Part shown: positions 25,326-38,048 of the stretch, in pieces
Position numbering within the stretch: the stretch's first letter is position 1
How the letters are laid out: every line of letters starts with the position of its first letter
Made by a program: the position numbers and the translations under genes
Notes under the pieces: generated by a model
Databases searched by the model: none
Told to the model about the DNA's origin: nothing
What the model saw: the letters and a program-made list of their open reading frames with translations, nothing else
DNA from: Callorhinchus milii
Taxonomy: Eukaryota
Length of the DNA: 64,000 nt
Direction: 5' to 3'
Assembly: GCF_018977255.1 (NCBI RefSeq)
Contig: NW_024704742.1
Location: 69,070,001-69,134,000 of the forward strand

Positions 25326-26354
25326 CTTCACTGCTTTGCTGATCAGTTCCAAGCGCTTCATGAACCACCTGCAAAGACACGCAGCACCTGTCACATGGCA
25401 GCAACTGGGGGGTGGGGGGCAGAGACAGGCTGCAGACCTGGAGGGGTTGTATAGTGATGGCACTTTCATGGTTTCCGAGAAGGAACGAAACAACGACAGC
25501 AGATGACATGTGTACAGAGAGGCTTTCACATCAGCAGCACATCACCAGTTGCTGGACAGTCACATAACAATCCCTCCCCCCAAACCAAAAGCAATAATAA
25601 AAATTGGTCATTTTCAATCTACGACTGTTTGTGGGACATTGCTGTGCGCAATTGGCTGCCGCGTTCGCCCACAAATGTACAGTCAATTCACTTTACAGTG
25701 TATTCTGTGAAGCGCTTTGGGACGTCCTCCCGACGTGAAAAGCGCTATATCAAATGCAAGGATTATTATTATTATTATTCTCACCCCAGCTGGGGTTGCG
25801 ATCAAGAAAGGTGGAGACCCAGAGCGTAGGGGTAGGAGAATGACCGCTTTGAGATGACTGGACTCTCTAACGTACAGAACCAAAAGTTATTGTTTTTACC
25901 TGAGTTTTTTTACGAAGAGTTTTTCCCGCACTGGAAGCCGGAGCTTCACTTTTGCCCCCGACAACTGGATCCAGGGAAAGCTTTGTGCAGGAGCTAGTAA
26001 AGGCTATTAACCATGTATTTTATTATATAATAATAATAACAATCATTGCATTTGATATAGTACTTTATCACGTCGTTGAGACATCTCAAGGCGCTTCACA
26101 CGATATACAACAAAGTGGAATGACTGTATTTTGTGGACAAAACACAACAGCTATTTGCACACAGCAGTGTCCCACAAACAGTTGTGGATTGAGTAACCAG
26201 ATTTATTTTTGAGGTATTATGACCCCAGCAAAGTGAGCCGCCAATCGACTAGTAACCAGCTTCCTACTCACTGTTAGGTAAACAGAGTCATGTGGACTAA
26301 GGAAACTTGCCTCAGGGTTTATTCTGTGAGTAGACCAATGATTAAACACCTCCA

Positions 26355-27670
26355 TCTTTACTAATAAAGACAAAATGTCTGTCTCTCTGCCCATCAAGAA
26401 CACAATAACCCATTGACGTAGAAACATGATTTATACCACTGGAAAGATCTTGCATGGGAGAGTATCATAGGCACATTTTTTGGGAGGATCTCCTATGTTG
26501 ATGAGCTTAAGCCCCCAAATATGAGGTATGCATGGTGTACAAAACCACACACCCTTCTACAGAGATATATCTACTAATATATTCTGCAACAAAGTGACAA
26601 CAGTAGTCCTCCCACAGGAGTACACCCAACAAGGAGTCCTTCCAATCATGAGTCCTCCCACAGGAGTCCTCCCAAGCACGAGTCCTCCCACAGGAGTCCC
26701 CCTAACAGGAGTCCTCCCACTGTGTCTTCCCACTCAGTCCTCCCAACAGGAGTCCTCTCAATAGCACATTTTCTTAATCTTAAAGATGCCTGAGTGAAGA
26801 TCAAGCCTTTCAAGGACAACTAAAAACGCTAGGCAAAAGAGAGAAGGCAGATTAACTGACACTGAAGAAAAAATAACAGCACAGTTGGACTTCAACACAG
26901 AAAGGCATGCAAAACATAGCAAAATGATGCCCAGCAGCAGAGGTCACTCCATTTAACTGCGCTCAATTGTGATCCAGGCAGAGACTACAAATAAAATGGC
27001 CCCCATCATATTGGGAATATGTCGAGCCGTATGTGCTCATTGTGGAGCCATGAAATGGGCAAAAGAAGTTCCTTCCATGTGTTGCTCGCTTGGCCAGTTG
27101 AAATCAGAGCGACTCACAGAGCCACCTGAAACCCTGAAAAGTCTAAGCATTTTCTAGCAAACCTTAGGAAATACAATTTATGCTTCCAGATGACCCCTTT
27201 TGGCGCAACTAGAGAAATTAAGAAGTCAGAATTATGCTAATAATTACCTAATGAGTTGCCAAAATTCTTACAGATTACTTCATGACGAACCGATGAAGAA
27301 CAAGTCATGCAGCATGGAAGCAATGTTCTGGAGTTGAACAAAGCCCTCATACTAGATCTGCAAAGCATGCTTCACAGCAGTAACACGTACGTCAGGAGCT
27401 TCAAGCCCGCAATGGAAAAAATGACTATAAAAATGAATATAGAATAAGCATCCATTCAGGCAAGACACCTGCTGGCCAGCACGAGCAGTGGTACAATGCA
27501 CCAACTACTGATGAAGTAGCCATCCTGATTCTGGAGTAAAAACTGCAAATGTCATTTACATGGTAACCTTGCAATAACTCGAGGACCTGCCGGATCAAAC
27601 AGTGAACCCCTTTGATTAGCCTAGCATTGAAAGGATCTTCTATCGTCCATGAGCTATGACCCATTGCACC
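26355..27670 (+). mobile_element. Decayed, internally deleted Helitron (5' end plus N-terminal RepHel fragments)
   Basis: A|TCTTTACTAAT 5' terminus. Peptides CAHCGAMKWAKEVPSMCCSLG...EPPETLKSL, HFLANLRKYNLCFQMTPFGA, PKFLQI, LQSMLHSSNTYVRSFK, HEQWYNAPTTDEVAILI and SYDPL occur in the correct order across frameshifts. Confidence 0.85.
26605..26762 (+). repeat. Imperfect tandem repeat built on GAGTCCTCCCA inside the Helitron
   Basis: The AGTCCTCCCA/GGAGTCC unit recurs about 8-10 times. Confidence 0.75.
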
Positions 27671-28079
27671 TGTATGGCAGGTTTGTTTAAGGTGTACACA
27701 CAGTGTTTATAATAACAATAATAATCCTTACATTTGATATAGTGGTTTATCATGTTTTCTAGACGTCTCAAAGCGCTCCGCAGAATATATTGTAAAGTGA
27801 ATTGCCTGTATAATTTGTGGGTGAAACGCAGCAGCCAATTGCGCAGAGCAGTGGCCCACAAACTCGTGGATTGAAGTGACCATTATTTTTTTTAAGGAAT
27901 TATTACCCCCGGAAAAGGGATCTACCAATCGATTAACAACTGGGTTCCTACTTACTGCTAGGTAAACAGGCGTGTGGAGTAAGGAAACATGCCCAACATT
28001 TCGCTCTGACGGGAATCGAACTCAGGTCTCTCGCTTGCGAGGCAAGTGTACTAACCACTGAGCCACAGGACTCCACGTT

Positions 28080-29960
28080 CTCTAACCAGGACTCTAACCT
28101 CTACAGACTTATGGCATGCTATCTCGTTATCTATCACACTCCCCCAAGCTCTCCCCCACCTTCCTCCCCGACATTTCCACCCTCCTATCTTCCCTCTCCC
28201 TCTGCTTCAAACGTTTCCTCATCCTAGGGGACTTCAACCTTCACTTCACCCCCTCCTGCTCTACCTCTGTTGACTTCTACTCCCTTATCTCCTCCCTCAA
28301 CCTCTCCGTCCACAGTCACCACCTCGACCCAGTGATCACTCGGGGCCTCACCATCACCAACAAAGCGATCTCGGACCATCACTTCATCTCCCTTAACTCC
28401 TCAATCCCTCTTCCCATTGCCACCCAACCCACCTCCATCTCCTACTGCCCCTGGAAAAAAATTTCCCCCACACTCTCTGTTGCCTTGGAGTCATCTGAAA
28501 TCCTCCCACTCTGGGCTTCTTCCCGCAATGACCTATCCTCCTTAGTCACCCTCCTCCACAGCTCCCTCTCCTCCATTCTTGATTCCCTTGCTCCCTTCTC
28601 TTCCCAAACTGACACCTACTCGCGAAAGTAACTATGGTACACCAGCCACCTCCGCTCCCTTAAAGCACAAGTGCATGCCACTGAACACATCTGGCTTGAA
28701 TCAAACTTAACGGTCCATCGGCAGACCTGGCTAGACCTTATCAAATCTTACTGCTCGGCCCTCGCCTCTGCTAAATCGTTGTTCTACTGCAAGACAAACT
28801 TGAAGGCCAAGGACAACCCCAGGCTCTTCTCCATCACCAACTGACTCCTCTGCCCACACTCTTATCGCTCGCCCATCCTCTCATCCAACGCCAACTGCAA
28901 GGCGATGCTGGACGTCCTCGAATCCAAAGTCGAGGAGATCCGCTCAGCTGCCTGTCCTGTCATCTACTACGCCCTCCCCATCTCCCCCTCACACCCTGGT
29001 CTCTACCCATCCCTCCCTCCACACCTTTCAACCTGTCTCCCACTCCTCTCACCACCACTATAACCCGCATGAAACCAACCACCTGCTCCCTCGACCCCAT
29101 CCCTACCCCTCTCCTTACCTCCTAGCTCCACCTCCTTGTCCCTCTACTCATAGACATCATAAACCTTTCCCTGTCCACTGGTTCCATTCCCACCCCTTTA
29201 AAGACGGCCACCATCACTCCTATCCTTAAAAAACCCCTCCCTGGACCCATCTCTACTCAAATTAGCGCCCCCATCTCCAACCTCCCCTTCTTTTCCAAGG
29301 TCCTGGAATGAGTTGTTGCTTCTCAGCTTTGCTCCTTCCTTTCCCGCCACTGCCTTAGTGCGAACTCCTCCAATCCGGTTTCCATGCCGCCCACAGCACA
29401 GAAAAAAAACCCTGGTCAAAGTGACAAATGACATTCTGTCCATCTGCGACCAGGGCTTCCTCTGCCTCCTCATCCTCCTTGACCTCTCTGCTGCCTTCGA
29501 CACCGTTAATGACTCTATCCTCATCCACCACCTCTCCTCTCACCTCAACCTTCATGGTTCTGTCCTCGAATAGTTCAGACTGTACTTCTCACACTGCCTC
29601 CACTTCTTCTCCACAAACGGTTTCTCCTCTAGCCCCCATAGCGTCTCGTGCGGTGTTCCTCAGGGCTCTGTCCTTGGTCCCATCCTCTTCAATATTTATA
29701 TGCTCTCTCTTGGTGACCTCATCCGCAGATTTGGTGTCAACTTCTACATGGAGGCGGATGACACCCAATTCACACCCTTGACTCCAGAACCACTGCTGTA
29801 ATGACAGAATGTCTATGAGACATCAAGTCCTGGATGAGAGCGAACTTTCTTCAGTTGAACATCAACAAGACCCTCCTCTTTGACCATGCTTTCGATCACC
29901 CTTCACCCTCCACTGCCCTCCACCCTCCCCGACCCCTACACTCAGCTCAGGTCCAAATTG
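28080..29960 (+). mobile_element. Decayed L2 LINE ORF2 (APE endonuclease plus RT)
   Basis: Motifs [42 protein letters not shown] and ADDTQ, broken by stops and frameshifts. Confidence 0.92.
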
Positions 29961-30750
29961 TCCAATGCCTTGGGAGTCCCTAAACAGCGCCACCCTCTGA
30001 TAACTAAAGGCACTGCAGCCATAAATAACAATAATCTTTTTGCAGTTGATATATCACCTATCACGTCTTCAAGACATCTCAAAGCGTTTTACAGGATATA
30101 CACTAAAGTGATTGTATATTTTATGAGTGAAAAGTGCAAACAATTCTTGATGCTTTGAATTTTTGACCACCTTTTAATAAACCTTGCAATGTTTCAACAC
30201 TTATAACATTGAATGTCACCAAGCACTTCACAGAGAACTGCTGTACCATGCAATATAGTGACTGTGCATCTGTAGGTAAACGCAGTAACCAATTTGCGCA
30301 CAGCAATGTCCCACAAACACCCATGACTGTGAACTCAAAGTCCCGATGTAGGGCTTGAATCCACAACTTGTTGATCGAGGGACGAGAGGCTATTGACTGA
30401 GCCAGATGCGGAAGTTTCTTGGTGACTTCTTCCAAATTAGTCTAAGCTGACACTTCAGTGCTTGAGAGGCAGTACTGTCCTTGGGATGATACATTAATAA
30501 TATTTAGTCTCAAATCACTTCACAGAATATGAATTGTATATTTTGTGGGCAAAAGGCAGCAGCAAATTGCACAGCAATAAAAAACGAGGTCCCATCTGTG
30601 CCTGTTCAGGTGAAATAGCTGACCGAACTTATTCCACCCCCACTCATATCCACTCGTTTCTCCTCTTCCTCCCCCCACCACTGATCCACCAACTGAGACA
30701 GGAGTAGATCAGCAGCATTGAAGAGACCAGGCAAATCCAATCACATTCTT

Positions 30751-30756
30751 TTTATT
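30751..30756 (-). terminator. Likely RPIA polyadenylation signal AATAAA (3' UTR about 1.2 kb)
   Basis: AATAAA on the minus strand at the end of the non-TE stretch below the stop codon. Weaker ATTAAA variants lie at about 31626 and 31681. Confidence 0.6.
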
Positions 30757-31932
30757 AAGGAGGGTATGTTGTTCATTGATCCAGTGCACAGCAGTCACTC
30801 CTGTACAAAGTAGAGCAGTGATCCACCAACATACAGGTATAAATTGAGTATATAAAATTCTCGGTACAAAAATGCTCATTTGCCCCAACCCTCACTCCCT
30901 CCAGAAACTTGCTGGAGGCAAAAGCAGCATAAATAATATAAACTTTGGAACCAAGCAAATGCATCAATCAATGAATCCCGAGTTGTGCGTTTTAAGGCAG
31001 TAAAGGACTGACTGAGCACAGACTTTGACCTACACTAAGGCACGTGAGCAGACAAGGGGAGTGGAGGGGGAAGGAGTGGGGGGTGGGGGGGAGAGAGAAG
31101 GAAGGGAGGTGTGGAGGGGGAAGGAGAGGCGAAAGGGAGTTTGCCTGCACAGTAACCACATTTAAGACTTTACAGAGCAAATGTCACTCTGGAGGGTTCA
31201 TTTGTCGTCCCAGGCAATTGCCAAAGATAATGATCCTTAAAAGGATTTGCATTTGATACGGCGCCTGCCTTGTCGCATTGACAATAGCTACCCAGGTATC
31301 ACTAGAAGGTGTGGTGACAGTGTTTGTTTGTAGGTGAGATTCTCTCTCCGCAGAGTTTCTGGTTTAACCTCTCCCTGGGTTCAGGATATCTCGGATTGTG
31401 TCAAAGGTGCCTTCCCCATTCAGGACGGTCAGAGATGGGATTAAGCCAGGCAGAAACGTCTCATCTCTTATGGGAATCAGGGGCCCTTACGCAACACCTC
31501 CTATTAGTTCAGTTGTACAAAGGGACCCATTGATGGCATTCGACAAGTGGCCAGAATGGTGGGGAGGGGGTGCGAAGTGGGAGTGGAAGGAAAAGAGGGA
31601 GGGAGAGGGGGCAGGACTTGGCGTTTTTAATAAAGCAACTAGGTGACTGATGTTTCTTTTTGGAAAATCAAAAAAATGTTTTTAATCTGTACAATTAAAA
31701 CAATATAAAATGTAAAAAGAATATAGTATTTGGCTTGTTGAAGGCTCGGAAAGCAAGGCAACTTGGATCCTGGTGAAGGAGGAGGCAAGAATGAGACGCT
31801 CTCTCTCTCTCTTTCGTGTTCTCTTTCGTGGTGTCTCTCGTATCATCTCTCTCGGTTTCATTGTCGTCTCTCTCGTTTTCTCTCGATCTCATCCTGGTCC
31901 TCTCTCACTCTCTCCCTCCCCTGTGCTCGCTG

Positions 31933-32030
31933 TCATTGGGACGGTCTCTCTCGAACCTCCACCGTGCCGTCCTCCATCCCAAAAAACACCTTCTCCGCCA
32001 GGTCAATGAATAAACCCGTCTCCACCACTC
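31933..32030 (-). CDS. RPIA: RPIA exon 9, coding part ([32 protein letters not shown])
   Basis: 98 nt ending in TGA. The nine exons sum to 714 nt (237 aa plus stop from MAPETE) with consistent phases. Confidence 0.98.
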
Positions 32031-32532
32031 CTGTGAATTTCAGTAAATTGGTTCAGTAATTGGGAGCCAGTGGAGCCTGGCAAGGACTGGAGTGATGTGG
32101 CTAGAGTTTTTTGCAGGTGAGTATCCAGGCAACAAAATTCTGTATTAATTGGATTTTGTGTATGGCGAATAGAATTTCAGCCTCCAAGCCCTTACCCTCC
32201 TCTCCTCCTACCCCACCGACCACCAGCCATGTGTAGCTCAATTACCCCCATCCGGCACCACAGGCTCCCCATCCTCCAGAACATAGAGTTCAAACTCCAT
32301 CTCAGAGTCCCTCCGCCTCACCCCCTCCGTTACCTCCTTCCAAGACCTTCCTCTTTGCCCTGCCCTCCACCCCTCCAGATCTTAAATTCTGACTGTCCAG
32401 CGCCTTGGGACGTCCTCCCGACACGAAAGGCGAAATTACAAATTACAAATGAAATTACAAATGTAATTTGCTGTTATCGTTGCCCTAACCACCCTGAGTG
32501 CATGGCCTCAGGCCCGAGTGGACGGTCCCCAC

Positions 32533-32632
32533 CTGGTAACATTTTAATGCTGCAGTGCACAGTCTTCCAGTCAGACACTTTCTCAAACTTCCAGTCCAGG
32601 ATGAAGTTCCCATTATCAGTCACCAGCGGGCC
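32533..32632 (-). CDS. RPIA: RPIA exon 8 ([33 protein letters not shown])
   Basis: 100 nt, TDNGNFILD motif. Confidence 0.98.
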
Positions 32633-33057
32633 CTGCAATCAATAATAATAATAATCCTTGCATTTGATATAGCGTCTTAATGTGACATTGAGGTCTAAAA
32701 GCGCTTCACGGAATACTATAAAGTGAATTAACTATATTTTCTGGGCAAAATGCGGCAGTTAATTGTGCACAGAAATGTCCCAGTTGTGGATTGAGTTACC
32801 AATTTTTTTTAAAAAAAGGGATTATTACTCTCAGAAAGCGATCCGCCAATCGACTAACAACTGGGGTCCTTCTTACCGCTAGGTAATCAGAGGTGTGTAG
32901 AGTAAGGAAACTTGCCTAAGGTTTCGCCTTGACCAGGAAACAAACCTGGGTCCTCTCGCTTGCGAGGCGAGGGTGCTAACCAGCATGCACAGGTTGGCTG
33001 AGTTTTGTCGGGTTCCTGAAACACCTAAGTTTCCAAACGCATCACTCCCCCACTTAC

Positions 33058-33199
33058 AGCTTTGCTGACAGCCATTCTCAGCTCCGCCACACCTCCAAAT
33101 CTGGCTGCTATGGTCCTGGTGAGCGGGAGGTAAGCCTTTGGGATGACTTCGATCGGAATTCCTCTTTTCCATTTCTCTCCAAGGCATTTGGAAATTTTT
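33058..33199 (-). CDS. RPIA: RPIA exon 7 ([47 protein letters not shown])
   Basis: 142 nt, cag|...GCT|gtaagt, PIEVIP motif. Confidence 0.98.
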
Positions 33200-33805
33200 C
33201 TGTATACAGTACAACAATTATTAGCATTTACACAGCACTCTTCACTTGGAGTAGTCCTGGAGCGCTGAACAGTAGCAGAGCATGACTCCAAGCCAGGGAG
33301 AGAGGGGGGGATGGCTAAGCAAGATCAAAGATGAAGGTCTTCGGACACAATCTGAAAAAGGGATGGAGGGGGCAAGACGGAGGGATTGGGGGAAGAGAGT
33401 GCCAAAGCTTTGGGGCGTATTGGCTGAAAGCTCTGCTGCAGATGGTGGAATGGAGGAGATGAGGGACAAGCAGGAGGCCAAAGTCAGCCAAGCGGAGGCA
33501 GCGGGTAATGGAGTGTGGAATAAGCAGGTCTGAAAGGTACGGAGGTACCAGGGCATGAAAGGATTTGTAGACGAGTGAGAGGATCTTGAAATCCATCTGT
33601 TCTGTGATAGGGAGCCAGTGGAGCCTGGAGAGGACTGGTGTGATGGGGGTATGGAGTTTAGAGCAGGTGAGTATTCTGGCAGTAGAGGTCTGACAGTTTT
33701 GACAGATGTGGGTTGGGAACAGGCAGCTAAGTAAGTAGTCAGACAGATGGCGTAGTCATCTATTTGGAAGAACAATAAATATTGATAAAGAAATGGTTCT
33801 CTCAC

Positions 33806-33874
33806 CTGTAATCTGCAATGACAATGAATTTTTTCGCACAGCTGGCAACGATCTTCTCCTGAGTCAAACAGCCT
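33806..33874 (-). CDS. RPIA: RPIA exon 6 (GCLTQEKIVASCAKKFIVIADYR)
   Basis: 69 nt, AG/GT ends, EKIVA motif. Confidence 0.98.
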
Positions 33875-34389
33875 CTGTGAGGACAGAAGAGGGCAGCAAT
33901 GTGATTGTTCAGTCGGTTGGTCGGTCTTTTGGATATTTGCTTCAAGAAGCAAATGGCAATTAAGAAATTGCTTATCAGAAGAAAACAGGATATAAAGGGC
34001 AGTGGGAGTGGGACCAGGGGTGTGGGCTGATGGTTGGAATATTGGAGTGTTGTGACAGAGAATAAAGGAATTACTTCATACAACAGTTTTGTGGACTGAG
34101 AATCATTACAGGTCGTTAAGTCGCACACATGAACACAGCAAGTCATAACTTACACACAACACAATCTGCTAGTCACTCACTCAGTCAGTCTCACACTCGA
34201 CACAAGCCCCTCCGCCCCACCACCCTTATATATATCCCACATCTTTAATTCCCAGGCTTTTGTGTCATAGGCTTTTGTGGAATCCTATAGCGTATTGGTT
34301 AGAGCATTTGCCTCGCAAGCGTTTAAGGATTATTATTATTATATCATATCCAACACACAGCATGACTGACAGCTCAGTGTAAAACTTAC

Positions 34390-34454
34390 CCTCCGCCTTT
34401 GATCAAGTTCAGATCATTGTCCACCTCATCTGCACCATCGATGGCCAAATCTAG
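34390..34454 (-). CDS. RPIA: RPIA exon 5 (LDLAIDGADEVDNDLNLIKGGG)
   Basis: 65 nt. Contains the RpiA signature motifs DGADEV and IKGGG. Confidence 0.99.
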
Positions 34455-34639
34455 CTGAAAGCCAGAGTGAGACAGTCACACAGCCCAAAACACAAACCCA
34501 TCACCGTGCTCAAGAGTCCCCAAACCAAACTGAGCTATCCAACAACAACTTGCATTTATTCTCAGAGCGCTTAACAATGGCGGAGCCCGAGGCCGAGCCA
34601 GGGGCAGGGAGAAGGTGACCATAGTCGTGGTCAGAAATG

Positions 34640-35060
34640 GACATGTGCACATGGAAATCCCAGGGATAGACTGTTGGAATGAAATGCGCTCTCTCTCACT
34701 GGAGGAACACATCCTGCTTAGCTAATCCCGGAAAATATTAGGTGCAGGTTGGCAAAAGCCAAAGCTTGGGGACCCCAGAGTTTGCGTTGGAGTAACTACT
34801 GGAGTCTAACCAGCTAAAACTACACAGGTTGCCATTGATAGCATTGCCTGGAAAGCTGCTTGTCCAGCTAGGGCCACCCTACCCTTTAGAGCTTTGGTTT
34901 GCAGGGTTAACAGGAGCTGAGTGTGAGCATTCCCTGCCCCGAGTGACTAGTCTGCCCTTCTAAGTCCTGCCGATGAGCCAGGCTGGGCTGTGCTGTCATC
35001 AGCAGTTTGCTGAAGTATTGCAGACCTGTCTGGCTCAGAAACCAGACTAAAGACCAAGCG
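34640..35060 (+). repeat. Unclassified old dispersed repeat; overlapping fragments at about 990-1275, 3146-3225, 8160-8260, 36185-36355, 36583-36910, 38300-38485, 42050-42310 and 17460-17520 (minus)
   Basis: Shared blocks include TTGGTCAGCCGGGTGTCTGACACATG, CACATGGAAAT, TAACCAGCTAAAAC, AGCTAGGACCACCCT, CCTGCCGATGAGCCAG and GGCTCAG.AACCGGACTAGAGAC. Confidence 0.75.
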
Positions 35061-35084
35061 TTGGAGATCTAACGGGGATATTAC

Positions 35085-35144
35085 CTCAGGATATTGGTCC
35101 AGATCACTCAGCGGCAGCTTGTTCTGCAAGATCAGCTGACGAGC
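35085..35144 (-). CDS. RPIA: RPIA exon 4 (ARQLILQNKLPLSDLDQYPE)
   Basis: 60 nt, aag|...GAG|gtaata. Confidence 0.96.
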
Positions 35145-36380
35145 CTTTGAACACAAAGAGGCACAGAGTATAAATCATGTCTCGGGCATTCCCTGCACAT
35201 CACAGTCTAATCAACAAGCAAGTTATTGTTTCTTAAATCAGGGAGAGGGGTGGGTCTGAGGGCAATCAGAGGATCTTCACAAGAATGTTTAAAGGAGCCT
35301 CTGAGGTTAGACAACATTTCGGGGGTTAGTCACCGGCACAGAACATACTATAAAGTGAATTGACTGTATTTTATGAGTGAAATGTGCAGCTAATTGCGTA
35401 CAGCAGTGTCCCACAAAGAGTCATGGTTTGAATGATCAAATTTATTTGTTTAGTTTTTGGAGTGATCATTACCCCCAGAAACCGATCTGCCAATCGACTA
35501 CTAACAGGGTTCCTACTTACAGAGGCGTGTGGAGTAAGGAAACTTGCCTAAGGTTTCGCCCTGGCCGGGAATCGCACCTAGGTCCTCCCGCTTGTGAGGC
35601 GAGAGCTTGAACCAATATGCTACAGGAGTGCACTAGTTTCTTCACATCAGGACTTTGAAGCTCACAGTCTAGGCTGACATTCCAGCACAGTGCTGAGGGG
35701 GAGGAACTATCCGCAAAGAGAAGGGAGTTTCTCTCACTCAGTGTCCTGAACAACACTTGCCCCTGATAAAATTGGTCACTCACTCTATGGCTGTTTGTGG
35801 GACATTTGCTGTGAGAAAAAANGGCCGACACATTTGCCCACAAAATACACAGTAACTACTTTGCAGTATATCTTGTGAAGCGGTTTGAGATGTCCCGACG
35901 GAATGATAAGGCAAATGCAAGGATTATTATTCTTCAGACCTTTCAGTTCACTATAAAAATATGATCAGAAAATAATAATTTTGGTCTCGTTGTGACAGTC
36001 GATTAGTTAGCACCGCCAGTGAAATTCACACCAGTTACTCTAGTACTGCATTGGCTATAGATTCAAAGTGTTGTTTTAGCTTTATACCCACTTGAAAAGA
36101 GCCCTCACCCCTGCCCCCAGTCTAAGCCCCTCCCCAGTTCCCCCCCTCCAATCGCCACCCCAAGGTACCCAGAAAATTGGGGGGAGTTTTTTGGTCAGCC
36201 GGGTGTCTGACACATGCGGAAACCCATTGCCATGCTTAAAGAGTATCCACTCGACCCACCAACACATGAAAATTCTCCTATCTGGAATGGAATGCACATT
36301 CTCTCCCTGAAGACACACACTCTGCTTACCTAATTCCGGAAAGTATTAGGCGCTGGTCCAATACTTAAGAATCATCTTAC

Positions 36381-36436
36381 CTGGAAGGAGCTGGGTACAC
36401 ACACCACCTTCAGACCATCCTTTTGCACCCGCTCAG
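36381..36436 (-). CDS. RPIA: RPIA exon 3 (AERVQKDGLKVVCVPSSFQ)
   Basis: 56 nt, cag|...CAG|gtaaga, frame continuous with neighbours. Confidence 0.96.
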
Positions 36437-37987
36437 CTGCACAGAACACAAACATGATGTTACACAGACAAAATCACAAAAACCTCACTGCCTTGCACAT
36501 CTGCTGCATGGGAGAGAGGGAAAGAGAGAGAAAGAGAATTACAGAGAAAGGGAGAGTGAACAAAGGAAAAAGTGTAAGTCAACTTTTTCCGGTCAGCCGG
36601 GTGTCTTACACAAGCCCATCACTATTAAGTTAAGAGTATCCAAACCAGAGTTCCCTTCATGCCACCTGCACATGGAAATTTCCATGGAACACACATTCTG
36701 TCCATGGTGGGACGCTTATTTAATTGTGGGGAGTATTTAGGCTGGCAAAAGTTGGTGTAACAGCTGGAGTTTAACCAGCTAAAACCACATAGCTTGGCAT
36801 AGTGAGCACCATCTGGCAAGCTTGTTGCTGCTTATCCAGCTTGTCCACTCTACCCGTTAGGGATTTGGTTTGTAGGGTTAACAGGAGCTGAGTGGGAGGA
36901 TTCCCTGACTCCACGTCCTGCCAAAACCCCTTTCCCACAGTATTTGAAATTATGAGATTTTCTGCTGATTATACTGTTTTGTCTCACACCAAATTCACCC
37001 CCAAATGTAGCAACATTCAGCTGCTCAGCCCATTGTTGGGCACTGGATGTCGCTGGAGCAGATTGGCCCACAAATACAGTCACTCCACTTTACAGTGCAT
37101 CTTGTGAAGCACTTTGAGACGTCTCAACATTGTGAGTTACCGATCCGGTGGCACTGTACGAAAAGAGACGGGAGTTCCTCTCTCCCGGTGTCTGGGCCGA
37201 CAATCCCCCAAATAAGATTGGTCACTCACTTTGTGGCTGTTTGTGGGGTATTGCTGTGTGTAAATTGGCTGCCATGGTCCCCTACAAAATACACAGTCAC
37301 TCCACTTTACAGTGAATCCTGCAAAGTGCTTAAGAGATGACTGATAAGGCTTGATATCAAATGCAAGGATTATTATTATTATTACTACAGCTTTTGTTAT
37401 ACAGTCTAATCGGGGGGCAAGGAAGGGGCCTGGGACGAAGCAGACAGGAAGTGCATAAAGCTCGATTCCACAATCTTCTGACCCAGAGCTTTAATACTCC
37501 CGATATCATTAGAATTAATAATACTAATAATAATCCTTGCAGTTCATTATCATGTATTCCGAGACATCTCAAAGCGGTTCACAGAATATACTGTAAAGTG
37601 AATTAGTTGTATTTTGTGAGCAAAACATGACAGCGAATTTCACACAGCAGTGTCCCACAAACAGTCGTGGATTAAGTGACCAAATTATTATTATTTTGAA
37701 GTGATTATTATCCCCAGAAAAGCGATCCGCCAATCAACTAACAACCAGGTTCCTACGTACTGCTGGGTAATCAGAGACGCGTGGAGTTAAGGAAACTTGC
37801 CGAAGATTTCGTTCTGCCCGGGAATCAAACCCGGGTCCTCTCGCTGGCGAGGCAAGTGCTATAACTGATACGCTACAGGATTCCACAAATGCATTTGTCA
37901 TAGCATGAGGAGAAAGCTGAGACCAGTGTAGAAGGTACTGACTAGAAGGTACATGTCAGACAATCTCGCTCGTTCGCTGACACTTAC

Positions 37988-38048
37988 CTATTCTCTTTAC
38001 AGCGTGAACAATTGTGGAGCCACTGCCAATCCCCAGGACTTGGTTATT
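37988..38048 (-). CDS. RPIA: RPIA exon 2 (NNQVLGIGSGSTIVHAVKRI)
   Basis: 61 nt, AG/GT ends, GIGSGST motif. Confidence 0.98.

Noticed and set aside
25164..25529. Minus-strand ORF upstream of SUCLG1 with a possible 69-nt GT-AG intron (25369-25437) and AATAAA at 25222
   Set aside because: No recognisable homology, the AATAAA lies before the stop of that frame, and the region overlaps promoter motifs. It cannot be supported without RNA data.
27701..27728. CACAGTG heptamer in the RPIA-SUCLG1 gap as a possible RSS
   Set aside because: The would-be nonamer after 12 bp (ATAATAATC) is the (AAT)n tail of a SINE, and no V or J coding sequence is adjacent.
35822..35822. Single N base
   Set aside because: An assembly ambiguity inside a SINE with no biological meaning.
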